64,000 nucleotides of DNA. It comes from Felis catus (taxonomy: Eukaryota). Below the pieces are notes generated by a model. The model was not told the DNA's origin and did not search any database. It saw only the letters and a program-made list of their open reading frames with translations. Positions 43,971 through 57,428 of this stretch are shown one piece after another. The position numbers and the translations under genes are program-made. Numbering within the stretch: the first letter of the stretch is position 1; each line of letters begins with the position of its first letter. The stretch lies in NCBI RefSeq assembly GCF_018350175.1, contig NC_058368.1:234424001-234488000 (forward strand). The letters are read 5' to 3'.

Positions 43971-44049
43971 CAAGAAATTTTAATAACAGCATCAATCGGA
44001 AATTGACAGAGTAGGATAAAGGGATGTGGGTATCAGTTAACAAATGCGA

Positions 44050-45480
44050 GTGAACACAAAGCAATGAAATAGAAAATATATTTAGGGTGATCAATAATTC
44101 GGAAGCTTTTGAAAAGACCGATAAAATAGACAAATCTCAGGTACCTACTCAAGAAAGAAAAAGACCATTACACCACTGGAGAGACTCTCAAGCTTACAAG
44201 AACACCACGTTGCCTTTCGTGCCAACAGTTTGAAAACAGCTGAAATAAAAACACCCAGAAAAGCACAAGTTACCAGCATTATTTCAAGAAGAGGAGAAAA
44301 ATGTCGGCAGGAATAATAACCATAGAAAGAAGAAACAGTCAGCTGGAGATGTGCCCACATCCACATCACCCCCAACGTGGACACCGGGCCCAGGGAGATT
44401 TTTGAGGTCGGCTTTGCCACATTTCCAGGAAAACACCTCTTTCCTATGTTAAATTCATTTTATAGAGAAAGTCAGAACGTTTCCCCTATTATTCCATGCT
44501 GGCATACCCGGGAGGCCCCCCATGCACAAGGGTCCATACAGAAAAGGAAACGTTGTTGCGAAACCGCTCATGTAAGACTAAGTGAATATTAGCGAAACAG
44601 AAGGAGCAGGCAGGTGCAAAATGGATTCCTCATTATGTATTCCTGGAATAAGAGGACTTCTAAACTTTATACGACGCCCTTATTCCATGTATCGTAGATA
44701 GTATTTATTATATATCCATATTGTAAAATGCATCAGCTATGAACTTACATGGTTTAACACAACTATATAGGAATTACAAATATTAAGAGGATAAAGGAGA
44801 ACAATTAAAACCTCGGTTTGATAAAATTCAAGACTCATCCCTTATTTTGAAAAACAGCTAAGAATGGAAGGGAAACCTGTTTAACTCGACGAAAGATATT
44901 TGTCGGAAATCCTGTGTCACACAACCTACTGAATAGTAAAATATCAGCGACAGACAGGAACCGGGTAACGCATACTGCTCACTTCACCTCAGCTAGTCCA
45001 CACTGAGATCCCCGTCAGTGCAAGAGGACCCCAAGAAGAGATCAGGTGTAGCAGGGAGAGAGCTGAGACTAATGCTGCCGTTCTGTGCAGGTCAGATCAT
45101 TATCCATGGGGGGAAACCCCAGAGAATAAACAGGAAAGGTATACAAGCTCATACTAGTCTAGCAATTGTATGAAGATGAAAGACCAAGGTTGTTAACAAA
45201 TTGACACATGGGGAGAAAATATTCACCACCTACGTATATACACGTAGTAGATGACACATTGTGTCCATATGTAAATAGCCTCCACAAATCAATAAGATGA
45301 GCAGTTTGCAAGCAGACAAAGGATATGAAGAGGTAATTTGCAGAAGACGTACAGTAGACAGCCCCGCGCGTAGATTCCACTTTTCACTCATCAGAGTGAC
45401 AAAAGTTTAAGGAGTAATAATATCCGGTGATGATGATGGTGTGAGAAAGTGGGCGGCTTCATTCATCGCCATCTGTTTGG
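44050..45480 (+). mobile_element. Ancient decayed L1 ORF2 fragments
   Basis: A-rich plus strand with L1-like phrases (TTTGAAAAGACCGATAAAATAGACAAATCT; TTTGATAAAATTCAA). Confidence 0.6.
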
Positions 45481-46698
45481 AAGGTGGGCTTTCCCCGTGC
45501 TCCTGGCTTCACTTCAGAGGAGGTGCCGTTTCTGATGCCACCGTCGTGCCGCCGGGTTAAGTGAACGTCTGAGCACGTGGGTCACAGTTGCTGTCTCTGG
45601 GGCTTGGGTCCCAGGAGCTGCCGAAAGCCAGGAGTCGGATGGATGGGCAGCCTCCTCCCCGCAGCCTCATCCCTCTCACGGTGCCCAACGGCGGCCGAGC
45701 TCATCTGTGGGCAGCATTTAGTTTCCGTCCTGCTGGCTGTGACACCTCTGAAGGTGACAATCCCCGTGGAGTCCTTCACTAGCGTGAGACACGCAAAGGG
45801 TCAAAGCAGAAGCCGTATGGCTGTTCTCCAGTGTCGCCCGAAAGTCGGAGAGCGGAGAGGTCCCCACGCTCTTTGACCAGCTGAACTTCTCAGGACGTGC
45901 CTGCTCACTGCAGACCCGCGCGAGCAGCATTGCACCTGTTCGTCGACATGCTGTCCATCGGCTAGTTCATTTTACTTCCCGTCAGCCCCCCTCCCTCCAG
46001 ACAGCCAGCCCCACGAAGACAGTGCCTGGTGCCCAGGGGGCAGTCTGCGAGCCTCTGTTGAGCGAACGTTGGTGAATGAATACCCAGCGGCAGGTGCCCT
46101 GTGCGATGGCGGCCTCTCGTGGGGGACACTGAGTTCTCTGTCCTGGTGACAGGTGAGGTGTCTCAGCCTCAGGGGTACAATTTGGAAGGGAGGAAGTGGG
46201 AGGAGTCTCTGCTTCGCCTGCCTCCTGTCACGAGACTCAGGGAGGGGCGGAGCTTGTCTCAGGCCACCTGCCCCGGGCCACCAGGTCCTCCTCCACTGCA
46301 GGAGCTGGCCCTGAATCAGGCAGTGCTTTGTGAAGCTTGTACCTGGCCGGTGATTCCCCACCTGGATCCCCTGCTCGTCTCCTTAGCCAGCAAGTGCCGA
46401 GTGCCCATCGCCTCATTTCAACAGAGAAACATGCTGGGAGGTGGGCCCCGTTACCTGGCATGGTTCAGGATGAGGAAGCTCCCCGGGGGCGTGGTCTCCT
46501 GCCTCCCGAGGGCAGCAGTGGGAACAGACACTCCTTTTGGAGACCTTTGGGCATGTAGATGAAAAAAACCTATTTATTCAGCTTACGAATATGAATTGTA
46601 CATTTGGAAGATGACACCCAAATGTTAAGAAAAACAAACATTAGTTGCAGGAAATGAAGCTCATTACAATCCTCTTGGCCTGTGTACAAGACTTCCCC

Positions 46699-48465
46699 TT
46701 GCACCGAAAACCGTAAAATACCTAGGAATAAATCTCACCAAAGAGGTGAAAAATCTATACACTGAAAACTAGAGAAAGCTGATGAAAGAAACTGAAGAAG
46801 ACACAAAAAAATGGAAAAAGATTCCATGCTCCTGGATAGGAAGAACAAATATTGTTAGAATGTCGATACTACCCAAAGTAATCTACATATTCTAATGCAA
46901 TCCCTATCAAAGTAACACCAGCATTCTTCACAGAGCTAGAACCATCCAAAAATGTGTGTGGAACCAGAAAAGACCCCGAATAGCCAAAGCAATCTTGGAA
47001 AAGAAAACCAAAGCAGGAGACATCACAATCCCAGACTTCAAGCTATACTACAAAGTTGTAATCATCAAGACAGTATGGTACTGGCACAAGAACAGACACT
47101 CAGATCAATGGAACAGAAGAGAGAACCCAAAAGTGGACCCACAAACGTACGGCCAACTCATCTTCGACAAGGGAGGAAAGAAAATCCAATGGAATAAAGA
47201 CAGTCTCTTCAGCAAGTGGTGCTGGGAAAACTGGACAGCGACAGGCAGAAGAATGAACCTGGACCACTTTCTCACACCATCCACAAAAAGAAACTGAAAA
47301 TGGATGAAAGACCTAAATGTGAGACAGGAAATCATCAAAATCTTCAAGGAGAAAGCAGGCAAAAACCTTTTTGATCTTGGCTGCAACAACTTCTTACTCA
47401 ACACGTCTCCGGAGGCAAGGGAAACAAAAGCGAAAATGAACTACTGGGACCTCATCAAAATAAAAATCTTCTGCACAGCGAAAGAAACAATCAGCAAAAC
47501 TAAAAGGCAACCAACAGAATGGGAGAAGATATTTGCAAATGACATATCAGATAAAGGCTTAGTATCCAAAACCTATAAAGAACTTACCAAACTCAACACC
47601 CCAAAAACAAACAATCCAGTGGAGAAATGGACAAAAGACATGAATAGACACTTCTCCAAAGAAGACATCCAGATGGCCAACCGACACATGAAAAACTGCT
47701 CAACACCACTCATCATCAGGCAAATACAAATCAAAACCACAATGAGATACCACCTCACACCTGTCAGAACGGCTAACACAACTCAGGCAACAACAGATGT
47801 TGGCGAGGATGCAGAGAGAGAGGATCTCTTTTGCATTGTTGGTGGGAATGCAAACTGGTACAGCCACTCTGGAAAACAGTATGGAGGCTCCTCAAAAAAC
47901 TAAAAATAGAACTACCCTACAACCCAGCAATTGCACTACTAGGCATTTATCCACGGGATACAGGTGTGCTGTTTTGAAGGGGCACATGCAACCCCATGTT
48001 TACAGCAGCACTATCAACAGTAGCCAAAGTACAGAAAGAGCCCAAGTGTCCATCGATGGATGAATGGAGAAAGAAGATGTGGTCTGAATATACAATGGAG
48101 TATTACTTGGCAATCAAAAAGAATGAAATCTTGCCATTTGCAACTACGTGGATGGAACCGGAGGGTATTATGCTAACTGAAATTAGTCAGAGAAAGACAA
48201 CAATCATGTGACTTCACTCATATGAGGACTTTAAGACACAAAACAGATGAACATAAGGCAAGGGAAACAAAAATAATATAAAAACGGGGGGGGGGGGACA
48301 AAACAGAAGAGACTCATAAACATGGAGAACAAACTGAGGGTTACTGGAAGGGGTGTGGGGGGGGGATGGGCTAAAAGTGTAAGGGGCATTAAGGAATCTA
48401 CTCCTGAATCATTGTTGCACTATATACTAACTTGGATGTAAATTAAAAAATAAATTATTAAAAGA
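46699..48465 (+). mobile_element. 5'-truncated carnivore/felid L1 (3' part of ORF2, 3' UTR, A tail), inactivated
   Basis: ORF2 peptides [13 protein letters not shown]...PDFKLYYK...[15 protein letters not shown]...MRYHLTP, MFTAAL...; in-frame stops (46770, 47295) and frameshifts; G-rich 3' UTR. Confidence 0.95.
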
Positions 48466-51194
48466 AAACCCCTGCAAATCTAGCAGACAGGGAGCACCTG
48501 TCTCTTTCCCGGTAATGCCACAAAGAAGAAAGAGGGGGAGGGGGAGGAGGAGGAGGAGGAGGAGATGGAGATGATTCCCCTTCCACCCCCGGGCGGCTCC
48601 CCTCCAAACCTCAGGGGCCAAACCTCCAGGGCTGGGGCAGGGGACACAGGCCAGGCCTCCTCTGAAAGGGACAGTAGGGGTTCCTGGAGCCAGACGGCGG
48701 GGCCGGGCTGGGCCTGGGGTGGGGGGCTCCTGCACCCACGCCCGTCTCACGCTTTGTCATCTGGAGGGGGCACTGTGGCCACCGGCGTCTGAGTCCTGTG
48801 GAGTGGTCTGGGGTGTGGCTGGGGCTGCCACCTTCACTGGCCTGCCCTCAGTCGGGGTGCGTGTGCAGTGGGACCAGAGACCCCCAATATCAGGAAGAAA
48901 CGCACCGATACCAGCGGCTGTGGAAGGAAGTGTAGACTGCAGACCATCTGCGCCCCTGGACCCCGTGCCGTGACTTCAGGCTGGCTCTGGTCCCCATGTG
49001 TGCGGCCCTTAAGCTGTCAGCTGAGGGATGGCAGGGTGGCTGGGTGGGCTGAGGCAGAGGAAGGACTCACCTGCCAGGTGACCCTCGGCTGGCCCAGGAC
49101 AGAGGGGGTGGTGGGAGCCGGCCGGGTCCCTGTGCCTCAGGATCACGGTGCATTCCGTGGCTTCTTCCCGATGACCGGGCGGGATGAGCCTCCGGAGCCT
49201 GGGAGCGTGGGCTCTGCTCACAGGGACACCCCGGGGAAGGCCTGGGCGCTGGGGATGGGGGGCTGGTAGGGGCCAGCTCGGCCCTAGGAGGCCACACGGG
49301 TACGTGGCCTTTCCACATGTTCTTGTGCGGGGCCTGCACCGCAGGCCATGTGGCCCCTGATAAACGTGAATACGAAGATCAGACCAACGGGGGGTGACGA
49401 TGCCCCTGACCGTCCTCCTTCCCCGCGTGCCCCCCACCCCCTCACCTCCAGCCTTCCATCCCATTTTCAACTCTGCCTGGTGGGAACAGCACCAGGGATG
49501 CGCTGAGCAGGCTTCCCTCCGTCGCCTGACGTCCCCTGACCTGGCTCATAGCAACCAGCTCCGCGTGTGGGGAGTGGTTTGCTGCCTTAACCAGAGGGGG
49601 GCCCTGGACCCACCCTCTAGTCCTGGCCCCAGCGAGTTACAGGGTGAAGCAGAAGGTCACACGGATCTATTTGAGGGCAGGTAGCAGAGGCTTCGACAGC
49701 ATTGCTGTGATATAGGGGCACTGGGAAGAGAATGGTCGCCATGGGGTGCACAACAAATGACTCCGTCTTATAGACAAAGAAAGGCATGTCTCACATCAGC
49801 CACCAGCCACCCGCCTCCCCCGGGGGTTTCTCATGGAACAAATTAGGTGGCCGGTGGGCTGGATTCCACTCAGCTGCAAACAAGCACCAATTAATCCTCA
49901 CGAGCCAAAAAGAGCTGCAGTGCCTCCATTCTGCGCACCCCCTCTCCCCCCGAGGGCTGCGGGTGGGGGTGCAAGGTGTGCCCCCTCCTTCCCGAGCTCT
50001 CCGTCCTGTACCATTACGTGTCTCACTCTTCCAGGGAGAGCCACGGCCAGGACCAGCTTTCAGGAATGTGTTTTTCTAGTCCCCTGGAGTCACCGATGGC
50101 AGAGAGCTCCCAGGCTGACCCCGTTGGCCGTGGTGGCCGCTCTAGCACCCAGGTGGCCAGGAGAGATGAGGCACAAACACCGCACGCATTTTGCTGCAGC
50201 GCCTTTCTAGAAACTGCTTTGGAAGGCAGGCAGCATTTTCCCAAAGGAATAACATACGGCAGGAAATGGTTGGGGGCTGCCTGTTGTACCAAAGACCCGG
50301 CACCAAATCAGTCACAGCTGAAACCAAAACACGTGTCATGAACACAGAAGCGAGGCGACAGTAAACGTCAGTGATGAAGGGAATGAACATCCGTATCCAC
50401 GAAGACCCAGAATTTCGGAGCTCCGCTTCACCCTCCGTCCCCGCCGGTAGGTAAGGAAACGGTGTTCCCGATAGACAAGGGCTCTCATCCAAAGTCACAG
50501 AGCCGGACACAGCAGGGCAGGGGCCCGGGGACATGTGGGCGTCCTCCCCCAGAAACGGCACTTTCCACGCAGCACTGCCTTCCGAGTGAGGGGGTGCTGT
50601 GCCCAAGGTCAGGGGGCCCACAGGCGACCAGCCGGTGCACCCCACACATGGAAACGTCGCCCCTAGGATCACACATCCCCACCTGCCTGAGACCTATATC
50701 CCGGCTCCGCGAAACGGGGAACCCTTTGCTGATCATATTCCTTACACTTGGGTGTGGACGGGATTTGCGGTGGGGGAGGCGGCGAATTGCCTGGGCAGCC
50801 CTGTCTCCTCCACATCATCCAGAATGAGGAGGAACTGACGGCGTGTGAGGTCCCCGTTACTCCTTCGCTAGGATCGCGTCCGGTCCTGTATCCACGCGCC
50901 CCGGACAGTCATACGGGCTGGCTCTCGGCCTCAGTTTCTCACCTGTAACAGCAGGGCTCGCGCGGCGCCACGGGGGCTGAGAGCTGAAAGCTTCCGGTGA
51001 CTTCTCGCCCAGTGGTCTCGCCCTTAGGGCGGGAGGCTGGAAGGCGGGGCCCTTGCCCCCACACATTCAGAGGGTGACTGAGGGCCCGCCGTGTGTGTCT
51101 GCGGTGCAGGGGGCAGCCTGCACCCCAGCTCTCCTGATGCTAGGCAGCTCGCGAAGGCGGGAATGAGGTCTGCTCTGCTGGGAACGTCAGTTTG

Positions 51195-51570
51195 TGTTTG
51201 CGATGGGCAGTTTCACGTGACACCCTGGCCAAGGGACCGCACCAAATCCAGGTATTGCCATGGCTGCTGTTTTGTAGTCCAGGAGATTACCCTCCATGGT
51301 GTGGGTGGGTCTCATCCAACCAGTTGAAGGCTTTACGAGCAGAACTGAGGTGTCCCTGAGAAAGAAGAGAGTCTATCTCAAGACTGCTGCATCTGCCCCT
51401 GCCGAGGGTCTCCAGCCCGCCCTTCCTGCCGGCCTGCCCCACGGCTTCCACACGTGTCAGCCCCACGACCGACCGCGGGAGCCGTTCCTTTAAATTTCTC
51501 TCCCGCCCCCTCCCCTCCCTCTGCCCCTCTGTCCATGTTCTGCTAGTTTTCTTCCCCTGTCTGTCTGCAG
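51195..51570 (+). mobile_element. MLT2-like (ERVL) solo LTR
   Basis: GATTACCCTCCATGGTGTGGGTGGGTCTCATCCAACCAGTTGAAGGC...AGCCGTTCCTTTAAAT. Confidence 0.7.
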
Positions 51571-52287
51571 GAAGCCTGGGTGACAGGCTGCCCTCCCAAA
51601 CCCCGGCCATTCAAGTTTCATTTGTAATGCAGCGCCCATCCTGTTTACTCCTGATAGGTTTCCCCTCCAGATTGCTCTTGGAATCCCTCCAGAGGTGAGA
51701 AGTAGGGGGAAGGGGAATGTTTTTCCTTTTCACGGTTCTGTGAATCTGAAGCAGATTGAAGAGCAACTGAATGGAGAGAAAGAAACTGACAGGAGACCCT
51801 TGAAGGCCAAGGGGGCAAAAGGGATTGGTTTGAGAAGACGCTTTCTTTTCTAACGTCCGATGGCTGAGATCCATGAAAAGACAGTGCCTTTCGGGGTTAG
51901 CACTGGGCTCTTCATTTTGACTCATGCTTGTGAGGAACAACGTAACTCTGCTTTGGGGAGGTTTGAAATAGCCTCTCCCCGTAGCTGAGGCTTAGGGGCC
52001 CCGGTCCACCTGCCTCGTTGTTTGGGGAGGGAGTGGGGGATGGCTTGTCCCCAGGGGAACATAATACTGATCCCAGGAGAGCCCTGGCCCCTCTGCTTTC
52101 CAGACCAGGAGGCAGCACCACACCGGGAGCACAGGTCAGGAAGCACAGGTTCCTAATCAGCCTGCGGGGGGCGAGGTGGGGGGCACTCAGTCTGGAAACC
52201 ACGGTGGACAAGCTTCTGGTTAGGTGCCAGCCTGCAGGCTCCATCGGCCACCACTTGCCCGTGCCCCTGCTCCAGCACGCTTTTTCT

Positions 52288-52355
52288 GTTGTTTTTTTTT
52301 AATGTTTATTTTTTGAGAGGGGGAGAGAGAGAGCAAGCACGAGCAGGGGAGAGGC

Positions 52356-52387
<32 letters not shown>

Positions 52388-52547
52388 GATCCGAAGCAGG
52401 CTCCGTGCTGACAGCAGAGAGCACATTCGGCTTTCTCTGGCTGGTCCTAAGTAGGAAACAGCGAAAAGAAAAGAAAAGAAAAGAGAAGAGGAGAGAAGAG
52501 GAGAGAAGAGGAGAGGAGGGGAGGGGAGGGGAGGGGAGGGGAGGGGA
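52288..52547. repeat. 5'-truncated CAN-SINE (minus, 52288-52420) followed by a (GAAAA)n-(GAGGG)n purine tract (52463-52547)
   Basis: Direct reading. Confidence 0.85.
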
Positions 52548-53539
52548 CGAAAAACCAAAACCTAATGGAAGCTGTCAGTTATTACCCAAGTGCTGTCCAT
52601 TAGCTTCCTGGGTTGTCACTAGGGACACAGGCTGGCTCCCCGCAGGTCTGACCTAGAGAGCCGGGAGGGGCAGGGCTCCCAGCCCCGCGTGGCGACTGCA
52701 CATTGGCATCAAGTAATGATTCGCGTGGTTTAAAAATCCCCTGTTGCCGAGGGCCTTGTCCCCAACACTCATCGTCTGCCCCCCTCTGAACTCAGTTTTT
52801 GCTTTTACATTTACCTGGAAATTTTAATTGATACGCTGGTCTTTTGTCTCTTGATTCACCAATTTTTGTTGACTTTTTGTGATGGAAAATTTCGAGCATA
52901 CATACGCGAGGAGGACGGTACCGTGAACCCCCCCACCCCCCCCCCACGCAACCGTCCAACAAGCGACATTTCGTCTCATCGTGTTATGTCCGCACACAGA
53001 CCCTCCTTCCTGAGACGAACACACACCTGCCCCAGGTGATTTTGAAGCAAACCCAAGACGGTCTATCGTTTCATTCACAAATTTCCAGGAGAAACAGACG
53101 CATGTTTTTTCTTGCCACACCCTGATACGGTTTGCTCACCTAAAAAGTGCGAGGTGGGTAGAGTCGAATCCTGTCGTGCCCCAGTTAAAAAAAGCCAGCC
53201 AGGATCGCGGCTGAGCCTTCCGGGTGAGCCTTCCGGGCTCACCGTGTTGTCACTGCACATTCCCAGGAGACCGTCAGCTCCGTGAGGGGCCGTGTCGATC
53301 TCCTGCACAATCGTCTGTATCTCCGGCACCTGCACTTGGGAGAGCTCCAGAAACCCTCATCGGATGACTGTGGATGTCCCGAAATAGGCCGTTTCCTCCC
53401 CGATTTCTCCCCAGACCGCATTACCGCTCCCTGCAGGACTTGGCTCCCTGCTCTAATAAGCTGAGCACCCTTCAGTGGAATCAGCTGGCATTCCAATTTT
53501 CATCTTCTTAGGACTCGTTCCCCAAATGATTATCCAACC

Positions 53540-53698
53540 TACTGGTTCTCCACCCTGGCCGCCCATTAGAATCACCTGAGCGGCCGCGAGACCGCCCTAG
53601 AGAATCGGATACTGTGGGTCTGGGCACGCGGAGCAGAGGCCGGGGGTTTCACAAGGATCCTCAGTGGATCCACCGGGCGGCCTGGGTGGGGACCGCTG
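53540..53698. mobile_element. MER5-like hAT DNA transposon fossil
   Basis: TGGTTCTCCACCCTGGCCGCCCATTAGAATCACCTG...CCTGGGTGGGGACCGCTG with imperfect terminal inverted repeats. Confidence 0.65.
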
Positions 53699-54084
53699 TC
53701 CCCGCATTCTCCAAGCAGTGACAGCGTCCGGGCCGCAGATCCACCGACCAGCAGAAATGTTGCTCGGGATGCCTGAAATCACCTGTTTGGCTCGGATTTT
53801 ATTTTCAAGCCCGGGCAACAGCTGGAGCCAAGCCGTGAAGCCAGCCGGCACAGCTAATTGAAAACCACGAGGGGCTCTTTCCCAGAGAGATGAGCAGCTC
53901 CGACGGGCCCTCCCCACCGTCTGAGTCTTGTATTTGATGCTCCTGACGACTTCAGGCTGGGCTCTTCAGAAAGGTAAAGACTCTTTTTTATGCCTTCTGC
54001 GTCCCTCGGTAGAGGTGCTACAGGCCATGCAGAGAACCTCAGCGGGCACCTGCCATCACCTGGTAATTGTAGGTTAAATCAGGT

Positions 54085-54632
54085 TTAGTGGGATTTCCAT
54101 GACACAATTCTAGGATGACCCCATGATCCCTGTCCCCTGGGGGGTATGCCCTTTAAGCCTCCCCCCTCCCTGGATTGCAGGCAGAACTGACAACTATGAT
54201 GGGATATATCATGCCTGTGAGTAGGTTACTAGTCCGTTGACTTTGAATTAATCAAAAGGGAGCCAGTCCTGGTGGGCGGGCCTGGCCTAATCAGGTGAGC
54301 CTCACCAGGGACTGGGCCCTTCCTGGAGGGAGAGCTTGGAAGTTTGAAAGGCTTATGGAGGGGGGACCACGTGGCAAGAACCTGAGGGTGACCTAGAGAC
54401 AGCTCGCAAGACAACGGGGACCTCAGTACTATGACCACAAGGAAATCCGTCCTACCAACAACCTGAGGGACAGACGCTGGCAGTGGGTCCTTCCCCAGCT
54501 GAGCTTCCGGATAAGGACGTCGTTGGTTGAGACCCTGAGCAGGGGACCCAGCTAATGCATGTCAGACTCCATGGAAACCAGTGAGATAATACATTTGTGG
54601 GTTTTTGTTTGTTGGTTTAGGTTTATTTGTGT

Positions 54633-54678
<46 letters not shown>

Positions 54679-55185
54679 CACACGTATATATATGTATATG
54701 TATGTATATAATGTGTCACTTAAATCAATTTTAATCATATGATTCAGTGGCATTCAATTCATTCACAGTTCTGTGCGGCTATCACCACTATTTCCAGAAG
54801 TGTTTCACCTTCCCACACTGAAACACTGTTCCCAGTAAACCCTAACGCCCTGTTTTCCCAGCAACCTCCTTTCTACTTTCGGCCTCTAGGAAACTGACTA
54901 CTCTAGGTCCCTCCTCTAACTGGAATCTATGGAGTATTTGCCTCTTTTGGCTTATCTCAGCATAATGTCTTCAAGGTTCTCCCCATGTTGGAGCACGTGT
55001 CAGATGTTTCTTCCTTTTTATGGCTGGACGATATTGCATTTTACAGACAGACCCCCCTGGTGTTTACCCACCTTCTGGCCATCGTGAATAACACCCCTGT
55101 GAACGAGGGTGACAGGAATGTGCTCTGGTTCCCAGGTTGCGGAATGTGTTGTCATCTGTTACGCAGCCACAGAAAACTGACAGAG
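54085..55185 (+). mobile_element. MLT1-like (MaLR) LTR interrupted by (TA)n and an antisense old L1 3' fragment (~54600-55110)
   Basis: GTTGACTTTGAATTAATCAAAAGGGAG...CTAATCAGGTGAGCC...GTGAGATAATACATTTGTG, with the LTR end TGTTACGCAGCCACAGAAAACTGACA resuming at ~55157. Confidence 0.7.
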
Positions 55186-55748
55186 AAGGGAAAGTCGGTT
55201 CTAGAAGGAACTCTTCATGTCGTGTGTTGTGTTTGTAGACCGGAAGCTTTGTAAATGTCCCAGGGCTTGTCTATAGTTGTCCTGCTGACCTTGCCAGCAG
55301 CCGCGGGTGGGGAGCATGAGCAGAAGTGGCCCCGTCCACCTCTGGCATGCTGGGTCGCACGGTGTAAGTCTCGTGCAAACAGTCCCTCTGCAGCCAGCTC
55401 CCCTTCCTCGAGCCTCCCCCTGCCTCGTCCAGACCGGCATGTCCCGGTGACTCAGTGCCTTGTGCTGGGGACACCGTGACACGCGTCTCCCCTTCGTCCT
55501 TGGTCAGTCAGGGCTCACGGCCCAGTGGGCTCCCGCCTGAGCCAGGACCTGCAGGAAAAGAAAGGGCAGCACGTGTGTCCCCCGGGCTGGAGCGCAGGAA
55601 GGCTGTGAGGCCACTGGCGGGCAGCTCTGTCTCGGGGGTGGCCCTAAAATCCCAGCCCTTCACCTCAGGGTATTATGATGATATGTTTTTGAAAATAGTT
55701 CCTTTGAAACCCTTGGAAACAGCCAAGGGATAAACAGCATGTATTTTT

Positions 55749-55970
55749 GAATTTTCTTTAATGTTTATTTGTATTTGAGAGACAGAGAGAGACAGAGCAT
55801 GAGCAGGGGAGGGGCAGAGAGAGAGAGAGAGGGAGAGACAGATTCCGAAGCAGGCTCTGGGCTCCCAGCTGTCAGCCCAGAGCCCGACGCAGGGCTCGAA
55901 CACACGGACCGCGAGATCATGACCTGAGCCGAAGTCGGACGCTCAACCGACTGAGCCACCCAGGCGCCCC
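55749..55970 (-). mobile_element. CAN-SINE
   Basis: Full body; TSD CA(T/C)GTATTTTT. Confidence 0.92.
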
Positions 55971-57224
55971 ACGTATTTTTAAATCAAATGGAGAGCTTGT
56001 TTCTTGAAAGTGTTTCTACAGAACATATCACACTTGCAGGCTGATGGCCGTGACAGTTGGCGATGCTTCTAGAATGAATTTGGAGGGTGTCCATGCATTT
56101 TAACTTAGACTGAAGGTCAGTCTACGGAGGTCATACCCATGAGAAGGGAGACACGTTTAGGGTGACAGTTTTGTTTTCAGCTGCCGCCTGGCTGAAAAGG
56201 AGAAACAGGATGAAGGGCATGAACGTTGGTTTTGCATCAAAGTCTCTCTCCCGTCCGGTTGGATGGGAGTACGTGATAAGCTGTTGAGCGTTCCCCCCAG
56301 GCCAAGCGCTGGGCTCAGTCGGCAGGATCGGAGGAAGATCTCGTGGAGTTAGGGAGTGTGAGGGGTTGCTTGGAGGGGTTGTATGGACACAGAAGGGGAA
56401 GAAGGTGAGGGGGGAGCAGCGGGCCGCCTCAGAGCCTTGAACGCGCTCAGCTGCTCCGCGGGTCCCAGGAGGAGCAGGCGGTGTGCTGCCCTCGCCAGAT
56501 GTATTTGAGCCGCAGTACTTTTGCTCGAAAGAACTTTTGCAGAGAGCATCTCCCAGGAATAAAGTTCTAGGGTCTTGCCTTAGGAAGCGTGGCTGCGGGT
56601 AATGGGGAACCGGGGGGCTGGCATGGCCAGGCGGGCGGTTTAAATGGTCACCGTGGCTGATTTGAACATGGAGGTTGATATGTGCCCCGAACCTCTGTGC
56701 CTCACACCCCTCCTGTACAAGGGGGGATGACGGTGGCCTCCGCGGGTCAGAGAACTCAGTAGGTCAGCAGGTGCAAAGGCCCCGCCTGACACAGCCCGAC
56801 TCAGAGCGAGCGCTCCATAAACCTGCCGGCCAGGGGTACATTCTGCAGAGAGCTGGAGAAAGGGGCTTCGTTTCGTCTCTGCAGTGAGCATTCGCTCCTG
56901 TTTCTGTCTGTGCGCCCAGACTGTCTCCGTGTGCTGGCCAGGACGGTCACATCCAGGCTCGTGGTGATGGCTCGGTGACACTGATGGTGGAGGGCCCGCC
57001 ACTGCCCACCGAGCCTCATGCTCGGAAGAGCCCTGGGTCCTGGTCCTCCCACATCCAGCTCCTCTATCTGACTTCCGAGGAGCCCATCGTCCTCGCTGCC
57101 ATCAGCCTGCCTCCCTGCTGGCCCCCTGGACAGCCAAGGTCGGTCCACGCAGTCGCGCCCACCCAGAATGTCCCTGTTCCCCTCTGCCCCCAGAGCAATG
57201 CTGAGGTCTAATTGCACATCTTCA

Positions 57225-57351
57225 GGGACGCCTGGGTGGCTCAGTCGGTTGAGTGTCCAGCTCTTGGTTTTGGCTCAGGTCAGGATCTCATGGTTCGTGG
57301 GATCGACCCCCATGGTGGGCTCCTCTTTGCTGACAGCATGGAGCCTGCTTG

Positions 57352-57408
<57 letters not shown>

Positions 57409-57428
57409 GTAAATGAATAAAGTTGAAA
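57225..57428 (+). mobile_element. CAN-SINE with long (CT)n
   Basis: TSD AATTGCACATCTTCA at 57210 and 57429. Confidence 0.92.

Noticed and set aside
46952..48211. Reverse-transcriptase-related ORFs as an active element or domesticated gene
   Set aside because: 5'-truncated L1 ORF2 with stops and frameshifts; no ORF1, endonuclease or promoter
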